Shown: positions 20,909 to 29,961 of the stretch, piece after piece
Layout: each line of letters begins with the position of its first letter
How positions within the stretch are numbered: position 1 is the stretch's first letter
Origin: an uncultured Lachnospiraceae bacterium
Lineage (GTDB): Bacteria; Bacillota; Clostridia; Lachnospirales; Lachnospiraceae
DNA length: 64,000 nucleotides
NCBI GenBank assembly: GCA_949740725.1
Contig: CATJIO010000174.1
Span: 8,137-72,136 of the forward strand
Direction of reading: 5' to 3'
Notes under the pieces: generated by a model
The model's database searches: none
What the model was told of the DNA's origin: nothing
Seen by the model: the letters and a program-made list of their open reading frames with translations, nothing else
Position numbers and translations under genes: made by a program

Positions 20909-21991
20909 GTGAATATGAAGAGAAGATTAGCAGCAGGATTAGCGGCAATGATGTTGGCAGGGGCAGTGTGGGGCTGTTCTGGATCCGGGAATAATTCCGC
21001 CCAGCCGCCGGAGGCAGCAGCGGAGAAGACAGAGAATGGACCGGGGGGAGAGGAAGAAGGAGCGCAGGCACAGGAGACGGGGGAGGGCCAGGAACCGGCG
21101 GCAGGTTCCCAGACCAAGGTGATCGGTGTGATCCCTAAGTCTACCTTATTTGACTTCTATAAGATGGTGCGCCAGGGAGCAGAGGACGCGGCGGCGGAGC
21201 ATGGATATACCATCAATTACCAGGGAACCAATTCCTCTACCGATACGGCTGCCCAGCAGAATATTGTGGAAGATATGGATATGGCAGGCATGGATGCGTT
21301 GGTCATCTCCGCCATTGACGCCAAGGCTATCGGGGATGCAATCGGCGCATTAAAGGTTCCGGTGGTTACCTTTGACGATGAGATGGATCCTTCGGTATGC
21401 TATACCACGGTTTCCGTAAATCATGAGAGAGCGGCAGCGGCGGGGGCCGCCTACATTGCCCAGAAGCTCCCAGACGGAGGCAAGGTGGCAGTGGTTTCCT
21501 CAGAGGCAGGCGCAGACGTAATTCAGCAGAGGGACAGAGGCTTTAGTGAAGAGCTGGCCAAGCATGAACAGTTTGAACTGGTGGGAATTTACCATACTGA
21601 GGGAGACCGGGAGAAGGCCACGAATATTATGCAGGATCTCTTGTCCGAGCACCCGGATCTGGTGGCGGTGTTCTGCTGTAATGAGGGTTCTTCCGGCGGC
21701 GTAAGCAAGGTATTAAAGGATGAGGGCCGCACCGATATCCTGGCGGTGGGCTATGATTCCTCTGAGGAATTAATTAACAATATTTACGATGGAAGCCTGG
21801 ATGCCCTTATCTCCCAGAACCCCTATGGCTTAGGCTATAATTCGGTAACTGCGGCCATCGAGGCCATCGAGGGAAAGACGGATTTCCCAGATGTGACGGA
21901 GAGCCCCTACTGGCTCATTGACCAGGAAAACATCCATGATCCGGAGGTGATCCAGATACTGGATCCTCTAGGGACCCTGAATTTACAATAA
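20909..21991 (+). CDS. RbsB-like ABC substrate-binding lipoprotein
   Basis: Lipobox VWGC, low-complexity linker, periplasmic-binding-protein class I motifs (VGYDS, QNPYGLGY). Confidence 0.88.
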   Translation: MNMKRRLAAGLAAMMLAGAVWGCSGSGNNSAQPPEAAAEKTENGPGGEEEGAQAQETGEGQEPAAGSQTKVIGVIPKSTLFDFYKMVRQGAEDAAAEHGYTINYQGTNSSTDTAAQQNIVEDMDMAGMDALVISAIDAKAIGDAIGALKVPVVTFDDEMDPSVCYTTVSVNHERAAAAGAAYIAQKLPDGGKVAVVSSEAGADVIQQRDRGFSEELAKHEQFELVGIYHTEGDREKATNIMQDLLSEHPDLVAVFCCNEGSSGGVSKVLKDEGRTDILAVGYDSSEELINNIYDGSLDALISQNPYGLGYNSVTAAIEAIEGKTDFPDVTESPYWLIDQENIHDPEVIQILDPLGTLNLQ

Positions 21992-22017
21992 GGATTTAAA
22001 AGGCGGGGAAAGAAATT

Positions 22018-23376
22018 TTGGGAAGATATTTTAGCAAAATCATTAAAAATGGAACGTTGGTTCTGGAAAATGGATGCGAGAGGGCGGATCTGGGGATCCG
22101 AGGAGAGAAGATTGCCGGGATTCTTGCGCCGGGAAATGAACTGGAGGCAGAGGAGATGGTGGACGCTTCCGGGCTGACGATCTTCCCAGGAGGAATTGAC
22201 ACCCATACCCATTTTTTCGAACCAGGAGCCAATTACCGGGAGGATTGGCTATGTGGAACCAGGGCGGCGGCCGCTGGAGGCTATACCCTGGTAATGGAAA
22301 TGCCTAACAGCAGCCCTCCGGTGATTGATGAGCGGACATTTGGAGTGAAGTATGGGCTGGCAGAGGGCCGATCCCTGGTGGATTTTGCCCTGTGGGGCGG
22401 TGCAATCGCGGGAAACCAGGCGGAACTGGAGAAATTAAGCGCCCTGGGCTGCATCGCCTTTAAGGGATTTACCCTGGAGGCGGGGCCGGAATTTCTCTGG
22501 CTGAATCATCAGCAGCAGGTAGATGCCATGAGGGAGGTAAGGAGGCTGGGGAAGGTCCTGGGATTCCACGCGGAGGATGATGCCATTATCCGGGAGCTGA
22601 AGGCGCGTTTCCAGAGCCAGCCCTGGGATCTCCGGCTCCATGATGAGGCCAGACCTTATTATGGAGAACTGGCAGCCATTCAGAATGCCATTACCTTTGC
22701 AGAACATACCGGCTGTGCCATCCACATCTGCCATCTTTCAATTCCAGAAGGAGCAGAGTGCATTAAGAGGGCAAAAGCGCGGGGGGTGGATGTGACGGTG
22801 GAGAGCTGCGCTCATTATTTCCTTTTGAATTATGAGGAGCAGTTTGCGTCAGGGACCTATGGCCTGATCCAGCCGCCGTTGCGGAGCAGGGAGCGGATGG
22901 AAAGGATGTGGCCCTATCTCATGGATGGCACCATTGATTATCTGGGGACAGACCACGCGCCCTACACAAAGGAGGATAAGGAGCCAGAGGATGGGGATGG
23001 GTGGCAGGTGATGGGAGGCGCACCTTCAATCGATATTGCTTACCCCCTGATGGTGACCGAGTGTCTAAAGAGAGGGATGGCACCTCACCGTCTGGCGGCT
23101 CTGTGCGCTGGCAATGGGGCCAGGCGGTTTGGCTTATATCCAGAAAAAGGCGTGATCCAGGTGGGGGCAGACGCGGATCTGGCACTGATGGATTTAGACT
23201 ATCCCTGGAATTACACTAGGAAAAACAGCTTTTCAAAGACAAAATGCACGAAATTTCCTTATGAGGGGAGAGCGCTTTCATGCCGGGTGGTCAGCACCTT
23301 CCTCCGGGGAAGGGAGATCTATTGTGACGGGGAAATCTTGGCGAAGTCAGGGTATGGAAAATTTGTTCGCAAATAG
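22018..23376 (+). CDS. Cyclic amidohydrolase (allantoinase/hydantoinase/dihydroorotase superfamily)
   Basis: PGGIDTHTH, AAAAGG, EMPN, FK (carbamylated Lys), HAED, HICH, GTDHAP, GADADL. Confidence 0.85.
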   Translation: MGRYFSKIIKNGTLVLENGCERADLGIRGEKIAGILAPGNELEAEEMVDASGLTIFPGGIDTHTHFFEPGANYREDWLCGTRAAAAGGYTLVMEMPNSSPPVIDERTFGVKYGLAEGRSLVDFALWGGAIAGNQAELEKLSALGCIAFKGFTLEAGPEFLWLNHQQQVDAMREVRRLGKVLGFHAEDDAIIRELKARFQSQPWDLRLHDEARPYYGELAAIQNAITFAEHTGCAIHICHLSIPEGAECIKRAKARGVDVTVESCAHYFLLNYEEQFASGTYGLIQPPLRSRERMERMWPYLMDGTIDYLGTDHAPYTKEDKEPEDGDGWQVMGGAPSIDIAYPLMVTECLKRGMAPHRLAALCAGNGARRFGLYPEKGVIQVGADADLALMDLDYPWNYTRKNSFSKTKCTKFPYEGRALSCRVVSTFLRGREIYCDGEILAKSGYGKFVRK

Positions 23377-23423
23377 AATGAAGATGGTTTGCGGTATCTG
23401 CAGGAAGTGGAGAGGAATGAATC

Positions 23424-24680
23424 ATGGTTGAGATGAATAAGGAACGTTTATGGGAGAGATTACAGTATGTGGGGGGAATTGGCGCGGACCCGAGAGGGGG
23501 AATCAGCCGCTTCGCCTGGACACCTGCCTACAGGGAGGCTTGTGAGGTCCTGATGGGGTGGATGCGAGAGGCCGGGCTTACTGTCCGCATGGATACGGTA
23601 GGAAATATTTATGGGAGGCTGGAGGGTGAGGAAGATTTGCCGCCGATCCTTACAGGTTCTCACTTTGATACCGTACCTATGGGAGGAAAGTTCGACGGCC
23701 TGGCTGGGGTGATGGCGGCCTTGGAGGCGCTCACCGCCATGGCAGAGGCAGGGAAGAAGCCCAGGCGGCCAGTGGAGATGATCGCCTTTGTGAATGAAGA
23801 GGCAAGCCAGTTCCTGGGAGGGCATTTCGGAAGCAAGGCCATCTGTGGGATGCTTCCGGAGGATTACGCCCGTACTTCTGTGGATCGGGTAACCGGGATT
23901 ACCATGAAACAGGCTATGCTGGACTTTGGGATGGGGCTGGATCCGGATCACTTTGATAAAAGTTACATTAAGGAGGGGGATTATTTCGCCTTTATCGAAC
24001 TCCACATCGAGCAAGGCTGCTATCTCCTCCACGAAAACCTTCCCATGGCAGTGGTGACGGATATTGCCGGAATCAAACAGTTTTATATTACCTTACATGG
24101 AGTATCTGCCCATGCCGGCGGGATGGCTATGGAGGATCGGCACGACGCCATGGCCGCGGCGGCGGCCATTGCCTGTGAAGTGGAGCGTTTGGCGCGGGAA
24201 TCCGGATCCACCACCAGAGGTACAGTGGGGTACATCCAGGCACATCCGGCAGAGCATAATATTGTGGCAAATCAGGCGATTGTCCCGGTGGATTTTCGGG
24301 AAAAGGAGGATGGGTTGTGGCAGCAGCTGTATGACGATCTGATGCTATTCGTGGAAAAGCAGTGTGAGGCAAGAGGGCTTACCTATTCTGTCAGGAGCAC
24401 CATTAACACTTCCCCGGTGCATTGTGACAAACGTCTTGTGGATTTGATTAACCAGTGTGCGGATCAAGAGAAGATTCCCCATAAATATATGGTGAGTTAT
24501 CCGGCCCATGATGCCATGCAGATGGGGAGATTGTATCCTATGGGGATGATATTCCTCAGAAGCTCGAATGAAGGGGTAAGCCATTGCCCAGATGAATATA
24601 CTACCCCGGAGGATATGGCGGATGGAACCAGGGTGCTGTTGCGGACGATTGAACATTTGTCTGAGCAGGACAATCTGTGA
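23424..24680 (+). CDS. M20 Zn-dependent N-carbamoyl amidohydrolase (allantoate amidohydrolase/L-carbamoylase family)
   Basis: GSHFDTVPMGGKFDG, NEEA, ELHIEQG, HAG, AHDA, SHCPDE. Confidence 0.88.
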   Translation: MVEMNKERLWERLQYVGGIGADPRGGISRFAWTPAYREACEVLMGWMREAGLTVRMDTVGNIYGRLEGEEDLPPILTGSHFDTVPMGGKFDGLAGVMAALEALTAMAEAGKKPRRPVEMIAFVNEEASQFLGGHFGSKAICGMLPEDYARTSVDRVTGITMKQAMLDFGMGLDPDHFDKSYIKEGDYFAFIELHIEQGCYLLHENLPMAVVTDIAGIKQFYITLHGVSAHAGGMAMEDRHDAMAAAAAIACEVERLARESGSTTRGTVGYIQAHPAEHNIVANQAIVPVDFREKEDGLWQQLYDDLMLFVEKQCEARGLTYSVRSTINTSPVHCDKRLVDLINQCADQEKIPHKYMVSYPAHDAMQMGRLYPMGMIFLRSSNEGVSHCPDEYTTPEDMADGTRVLLRTIEHLSEQDNL

Positions 24681-24769
24681 CAGCAGAATGTAAAGGTGTC
24701 AGCACAGGGCCCGTCGGGTTTTTAAGCAAATGCCGGCAGGTTAAGAGAAGAAAGGAAATGAGGAGGATA

Positions 24770-25162
24770 ATGGAAGCGATTCGGATTTCAACAGACAAGT
24801 GCCCTCAGCCGGGGGGATGGTATTCTCAGGCATATCGGGCGGGAGGCCTGATTTTCACCGCCGGGGTGACGGCTCATGACCCGGTGACCCAGGAACTGGT
24901 GGGGCCGGGAGATATTGTAAAGCAGACAGAACAGGTATTAAAAAATATGGATATGCTCTTAAAAGAGGCAGGATCCGATCTAAAGCATGTGATCAAAACA
25001 TTGGTTTTTGTGTCTGATATTGACGACTTTCAGATTTTTAATGAAACGTATAAAGGGTTTTTCCCGGAAAATCCCCCAGCAAGAAGTACCATGCAGATTG
25101 GGAAGTTTAATCATGGCATGGTGATCGAGATAGAAGCGGTGGCTGTGGTGGCAGAGGGATAA
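24770..25162 (+). CDS. RidA family enamine/imine deaminase
   Basis: YSQA, FNETYKGFF, PPARS (catalytic Arg), IEIEAVA; start trimmed from ORF track. Confidence 0.88.
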   Translation: MEAIRISTDKCPQPGGWYSQAYRAGGLIFTAGVTAHDPVTQELVGPGDIVKQTEQVLKNMDMLLKEAGSDLKHVIKTLVFVSDIDDFQIFNETYKGFFPENPPARSTMQIGKFNHGMVIEIEAVAVVAEG

Positions 25163-25175
25163 ACATTCGTTACCG

Positions 25176-25214
25176 AAAAGGGCAGCCCTGTGTGAGAGCA
25201 GGGCTGCCTTTTTT
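25176..25214. terminator. Bidirectional intrinsic terminator
   Basis: AAAAG-GGCAGCCCTG-8nt-CAGGGCTGCC-TTTTTT between convergent ridA and uraA. Confidence 0.85.
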
Positions 25215-25226
25215 GGGAATTATTGC

Positions 25227-26477
25227 TTAATCATTGGTCAGATGCATCTGATCCAACACATAGAATACCAGGCTCAGCCCCATTCCCACTACACAGGCCA
25301 GCACCATTCCGGTGAGCTGGATATTGCCGATTTTTAGCGCGATGCCGGAAAGCCCGGTAACGAAGATCACGGAAGTCAGGCTCAAATTTCGGGAATTTCC
25401 ATAATCAACTTTAGAGTCCACCAGGATTCGCAGGCCAGAGGTACCGATCATACCGTAGAGCAGGAAGGAGATCCCGCCGATGACCGGGCCGGGGATGGTG
25501 CTGATTAAGGTGGACAGCTTTCCGCTGAAGGAACAGATTACTGAGAGAACGGCAGCTCCGGCGATGACGTAGACACTGTACACCCCAGTTACGGCCATGA
25601 CCCCAATATTTTCACCGTAGGTGGTGGTGGGCACGGAACCGATGAGGCCGGAGAGCATGGTGGAGAAATTATCTCCAAAAAGGGAACGGTGAAGCCCAGG
25701 TTCTTCCAGCAGATCACGGCCGATAATCTTGCTGGTAACTACCTGGTGCCCGATATGTTCGGAGGTGATGACCAGAATAACCGGGAGGATAATCAGGATG
25801 GCCTCCGCGCTGAATTTGGGCATCTGAAAATTGGGGATGGCAAAAAACGGCGCGGCGGACACTTCCGTAAAGTCCACAATCCCACAGAAAAGGGCGGCCA
25901 CATAGCCAGCAATGACGGCAATCAGGATGGGAATAACCGACAAAAATCCCCGGAACAGGATATTCCCAAAGACAGCGATCCCTAAGGTAACCAGAAAGAC
26001 GATAATATTTTTCGGCTGAATGACTTCATCCAAAAGCCCTGCGTTGCTTGCGGCGGAAGCGGACAGCTCCAGGCCGATCAGGGCCACCACTGGCCCCATG
26101 GCCGCTGGGGGAAGGACGATGTCGATCCATTTGGTGCCGAACTTATACACGATAAAGGCCAGGATACAGCCGCAGAAGCCAACCGCCACAAAGCCGCCCA
26201 GGGCATAGGGATAGCCGAAGTTTGCTATGACGATTCCCGCCGGGGCAAGGAAGGCAAAGCTGGAGCCTAAATATGCGGGGGCTTTTCCCTTTGTTACAAA
26301 GATAAAGAGGAGGGTTCCCACGCCGTTCATGAACAGCACAATCGCTGGATTGATGCCGAAGATAAAGGGCACTAGCACCGACGCGCCGAACATGGCGAAC
26401 ATATGCTGGATGCTTAAGGGGATCAGCATGTTTACGGGGACCTTTTCCTCAACTTGAATGATACGTTTCCCTACCAT
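25227..26477 (-). CDS. uraA: Uracil permease (NCS2)
   Basis: QHMFAMFGASVLVP, YLGSSFAF, EHIGH, TTYGENIGV signature. Confidence 0.9.
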   Translation of the reverse strand: MVGKRIIQVEEKVPVNMLIPLSIQHMFAMFGASVLVPFIFGINPAIVLFMNGVGTLLFIFVTKGKAPAYLGSSFAFLAPAGIVIANFGYPYALGGFVAVGFCGCILAFIVYKFGTKWIDIVLPPAAMGPVVALIGLELSASAASNAGLLDEVIQPKNIIVFLVTLGIAVFGNILFRGFLSVIPILIAVIAGYVAALFCGIVDFTEVSAAPFFAIPNFQMPKFSAEAILIILPVILVITSEHIGHQVVTSKIIGRDLLEEPGLHRSLFGDNFSTMLSGLIGSVPTTTYGENIGVMAVTGVYSVYVIAGAAVLSVICSFSGKLSTLISTIPGPVIGGISFLLYGMIGTSGLRILVDSKVDYGNSRNLSLTSVIFVTGLSGIALKIGNIQLTGMVLACVVGMGLSLVFYVLDQMHLTND

Positions 26478-26658
26478 TTTCTTACCTCCATAGTGGAAGA
26501 CGCCTGCAAAGTAACTGGTCTCAAACCGATATAGCGGGATGCATGGACTAAGCTATTGCCAACAGTCCATCTTTGGGGCGTCAGGTGAGCAGTGTCCGGG
26601 GAAAGCTCCGTTGCGGTTTACTGGCGCGAGTAGCAATGGAGATTCCACCCTTCTACCG

Positions 26659-26687
26659 ATTATGACATATTTTGCCCTATTCGTCTA
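26659..26687 (-). promoter_or_regulatory. Putative sigmaA promoter of uraA
   Basis: TAGACG-17nt-CATAAT with TG extension on minus strand. Confidence 0.5.
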
Positions 26688-27584
26688 CGGGAAATCAAAT
26701 AAACTGAGCTGGGTATTTTCGTAACCGCGCTTGTAAGCAGGGATAATGTCGCTCATGCGGTACAGGATTTTCTTTTCTTCACAGGCCTTTGCAAAGGTAT
26801 CCCACAACTGCTTTGCCCGGGAGCTAGTGCAGAAATAGGCATTTTTGTAGGTCTTCAGATACCTGGATTTTAACCCATCTCCGGGAAAAAGCTCTTCCAG
26901 ACGATCCAGATACCATTCTTTTTGATTATCCCGCAGGGTCATTCCAAAGGCAGGATAGATAAACCGCGCTCCGGCCTCCCCTGCCATGGAGATCAGGCGC
27001 AGGATGTCTTCTTCCCGATCTTCCAGAAAGGGGAGGACGGGCATCAGGAGGATCCCGGCGAAGAGCCCACGGGAGGAGAGGCGGGCGATAAGCTCCATCC
27101 GCTGGGAGGATGGGGGAGCATAAGGCTCTACCTTTTTGGATAATTCATCATGGGGAGTGGTGATGGTTATCTTACAGAGCACAGGGGAGTGCTCCCGAAT
27201 GCTCTGTAGAATGTCCGCGTCCCGTTCCAGCAGCGTACTTTTGGTCGCAATGCCGATGCCGAACCCGAAGGCATCCGCCAGCTCCAGGGCATGTCGGGTA
27301 AGCTGTAGCTCTTTTTCAAAGGGATTATAAGGGTCGCTCATGGAGCCGGTCCCTAACACCCCCTTTTTCACCTTTCGTCGCAGATCATCCCGGATTATGG
27401 CCAGGGCATTTTCCTTAACCTTTACCTGTTCGAACTCTTTGATCTGGTAGCAGGAGGATCGGCTGGCGCAGGAGATGCATCCGTGACAGCAACCACGGTA
27501 GATATTCATATTGTAGTTTATTCCGAACCAGCTGCTGTCTTTGGTTCGGGTGACAATGTGCTTTGCGGGTATTTGTTCGATCAT
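26685..27584 (-). CDS. Radical SAM protein (SPL-like/Rv2578c-type)
   Basis: NIYRGCCHGCISC, GSMSDPY, TKS, LMPVLPF, C-terminal QLSLF. Confidence 0.8.
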   Translation of the reverse strand: MIEQIPAKHIVTRTKDSSWFGINYNMNIYRGCCHGCISCASRSSCYQIKEFEQVKVKENALAIIRDDLRRKVKKGVLGTGSMSDPYNPFEKELQLTRHALELADAFGFGIGIATKSTLLERDADILQSIREHSPVLCKITITTPHDELSKKVEPYAPPSSQRMELIARLSSRGLFAGILLMPVLPFLEDREEDILRLISMAGEAGARFIYPAFGMTLRDNQKEWYLDRLEELFPGDGLKSRYLKTYKNAYFCTSSRAKQLWDTFAKACEEKKILYRMSDIIPAYKRGYENTQLSLFDFP

Positions 27585-27597
27585 GGCCTATTCTCCA

Positions 27598-28527
27598 TTA
27601 TGTCTTTTCACCAAAATATTTTTGAAACAGACGTCGTGCATCTTTGGCAAGCTCATTTTCCATGGCCAGATAACGGGTTAAGTAATCCTTTGATTTGGGG
27701 GTAAGCTGGGAAAAGCCGCCGTCAGCACCGCCGGACTGAGTGAGTAAAAGGGGGAAGCCCAGGTGCTTTTCTGCCTCTTTTACAATCTTCCAGCCTTTGC
27801 TGTAGGACATGTGCATCTGCCGGCAGGCGGTCTGCATGGATCCGGTGTGCTCCACCAGACTTAAAAACTGGGCGATCCCAGGGCCGAAAAAGATGTCGTC
27901 CCCTTCCAGATACAGCTGCAGGACGCTGTGGATGGGGATCTTTTGGGAGCGGTCATAGCGGCTTTTACAGTCTTCCTCCGTCTCAATGGAAAGGCTGATT
28001 CCTTGATCCTCCACGGGAATTTCTTCAATCAGAGTATTAATGGAATCCTGGCGCAGGGCGCCATTCAGTCCACCAGGGCCTTCATAGCGGAGGAGAGAAG
28101 GAATAAGGGAGGTGGATAAAAGGACTGGATGACCGCGCCGCCCATTATACACGGGACAGGCGGCCTTTTTTTTGGTCTGGAGAAGCTGCCTGACGGTATT
28201 CTCCAGAAATAAAGGATATTTTACTGGAAGAATCAGCACTTGACTGCAGAGATCCTCCACATAATTCAATCCCATCCGCACACTGTCAAACATTTGGGTA
28301 GTCTGGTATTCTTCATTGCGCAGACAGATGATCCGCAATTTGGACACATGTTTTTCGACTTGGTCTCCGTCCCGGCCGGTGACGATGACGATGGGGTCGA
28401 TTTCCGCCTGCCTGAGCATGATAATGATGCGGCGGATCACTGTGGTTCCCCCGATAGGCATCAGAGGCTGAAAATTTTCCTGAGACAGATTGTGGCCGGC
28501 TGCGATGATAACGGCTCCTGTTTTCAT
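27598..28527 (-). CDS. Fusion of degenerate MocA/MobA-like NTP-transferase domain and C-terminal ModE-type winged HTH
   Basis: N-term GAVIIAAG...GRRGHPVL; C-term FFGPG...TGS...MSYSKGW...LGFPLL...GGADGG..LT; start MKTGAV at 28527. Confidence 0.8.
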   Translation of the reverse strand: MKTGAVIIAAGHNLSQENFQPLMPIGGTTVIRRIIIMLRQAEIDPIVIVTGRDGDQVEKHVSKLRIICLRNEEYQTTQMFDSVRMGLNYVEDLCSQVLILPVKYPLFLENTVRQLLQTKKKAACPVYNGRRGHPVLLSTSLIPSLLRYEGPGGLNGALRQDSINTLIEEIPVEDQGISLSIETEEDCKSRYDRSQKIPIHSVLQLYLEGDDIFFGPGIAQFLSLVEHTGSMQTACRQMHMSYSKGWKIVKEAEKHLGFPLLLTQSGGADGGFSQLTPKSKDYLTRYLAMENELAKDARRLFQKYFGEKT

Positions 28528-28602
28528 AATGGCTTCCTCGCTGGACATTTTTTTGAAACAAATAGAGTATACCACGGATGCAGGAGTCTGAACAGTAACC
28601 AT

Positions 28603-28631
28603 TTGTAATCCCTTCACCTATACGGTATACT
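28603..28631 (+). promoter_or_regulatory. sigmaA promoter of yqeC fusion (divergent extended -10 TGGTATACT on minus strand at 28566-28574)
   Basis: TTGTAA-17nt-TATACT. Confidence 0.6.
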
Positions 28632-28665
28632 AAGGACAGAATTAGGATGTGCTTAAAGGAGTGCT

Positions 28666-29961
28666 GTGCAGATGAAAAAAGGATATGTAATTGCTGTGGT
28701 GGGTTCCGGGGGAAAGACCACTCTGATAGAAACCATTGCCAGGCAGGCTAAGAATTCTGGAAAGAAGGTGGTAGTGATGACCACCACTCATATGAGACTT
28801 CCAGAACGGGACAGCGCAGTAGGAAGGCCTCTGGAGGAGGCGGCAAAGCAGATGGAGCGGGAGGGATTAATCTATTATGGCGTTTATGGGGATGAAGAGG
28901 GAAAGATGGGATATCCAGGAAGGGAGGCATATGAAAGGCTGTGCGAAAGGGCGGATGTGGTGTTGGTAGAGGCAGACGGATCCCGAAGGCTTCCCATGAA
29001 GGCGCCTGACTGGTCCAGGGAGCCGGTAATCCCGGTAAATGCGGACATGGTGCTGGTGGTATTTGGCCTTTCCGCTTTGGGAAGACCTCTGAAAGAAGTA
29101 TGCCACCGTTGGAGGCTGGGCCTTCCATGGATTTTGGACACTCAGGGACAGGCGCCCAAGGAGCCGGGTTGCAGCCTTGTTACAGAGGACATGGCAGCAG
29201 AATTTCTGGAGAAGGGGTATTTAAAGGCTATCCGTACACGCTATCCGGATGCGGGCCTGGTCACGCTCCTGAATCAGGCTGATGGAAAGGCAGCGCAGGA
29301 GAAAGGGGAGCGGATAAGGAAAGGTCTGGCACAGAAGGGCTATGCGGCGCAGGTGATTTGCCTAAGGCAGATGACCTTATCGGTGATTTACCTGGCCTCC
29401 GGCTTTGGAAAGCGGTTTGGGAAGAATAAGCTTTTGGAAATACTGGAGGGAAAGCCTCTGTTTGCCCATGGGCTGGGGACAATCCTGAAATTGAGGGCTT
29501 ATTTAGAGGCGGAAATGGGGATCCGGACCAGAGTGGTATTGGTGAGCCAGTATCCGGAGATTCTGGATTTTGGAAAAGAGATGGGGGTGGAAGTGGTGGA
29601 AAATCCCTGTGCGGCAGAAGGGATTACCGCGTCTATCCGTCTGGGGACGGAGGCAGCTGGGGAGAATGAGGATTATTACCTCTATGCTGTAGCCGATCAA
29701 CCCTGGCTAAGGTGGGAGACCGTGGCAGGGCTGATCCAGCATTTTCTCCCCCGAACCTATTCGGATCAGGTATCCATAGGATGTTTGGCCTGCGGCAAAA
29801 GGCAGGGGAACCCGGTGATCTTTCATAAAAGGCACCGGGCAGAACTTCTCACCCTGAAGGGGGATAGGGGGGGAAGCCAGCTGATAAAGCGGTACCCTGA
29901 AGAGGTGATGGAATATCCGGCAGAGGCCGGGGAGCTGGTGGATATTGACACGCCAGTTTAA
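28666..29961 (+). CDS. yqeC: YqeC selenium-cofactor protein fused to MocA-like Moco cytidylyltransferase
   Basis: VVGSGGKTT, MTTTHM, VEADGSRRLPMKAP..EP (YqeC); LASGFGKRFGKNKLL, VADQP, GNPV, GDRGG, DIDTP (MocA). Confidence 0.87.
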   Translation: MQMKKGYVIAVVGSGGKTTLIETIARQAKNSGKKVVVMTTTHMRLPERDSAVGRPLEEAAKQMEREGLIYYGVYGDEEGKMGYPGREAYERLCERADVVLVEADGSRRLPMKAPDWSREPVIPVNADMVLVVFGLSALGRPLKEVCHRWRLGLPWILDTQGQAPKEPGCSLVTEDMAAEFLEKGYLKAIRTRYPDAGLVTLLNQADGKAAQEKGERIRKGLAQKGYAAQVICLRQMTLSVIYLASGFGKRFGKNKLLEILEGKPLFAHGLGTILKLRAYLEAEMGIRTRVVLVSQYPEILDFGKEMGVEVVENPCAAEGITASIRLGTEAAGENEDYYLYAVADQPWLRWETVAGLIQHFLPRTYSDQVSIGCLACGKRQGNPVIFHKRHRAELLTLKGDRGGSQLIKRYPEEVMEYPAEAGELVDIDTPV

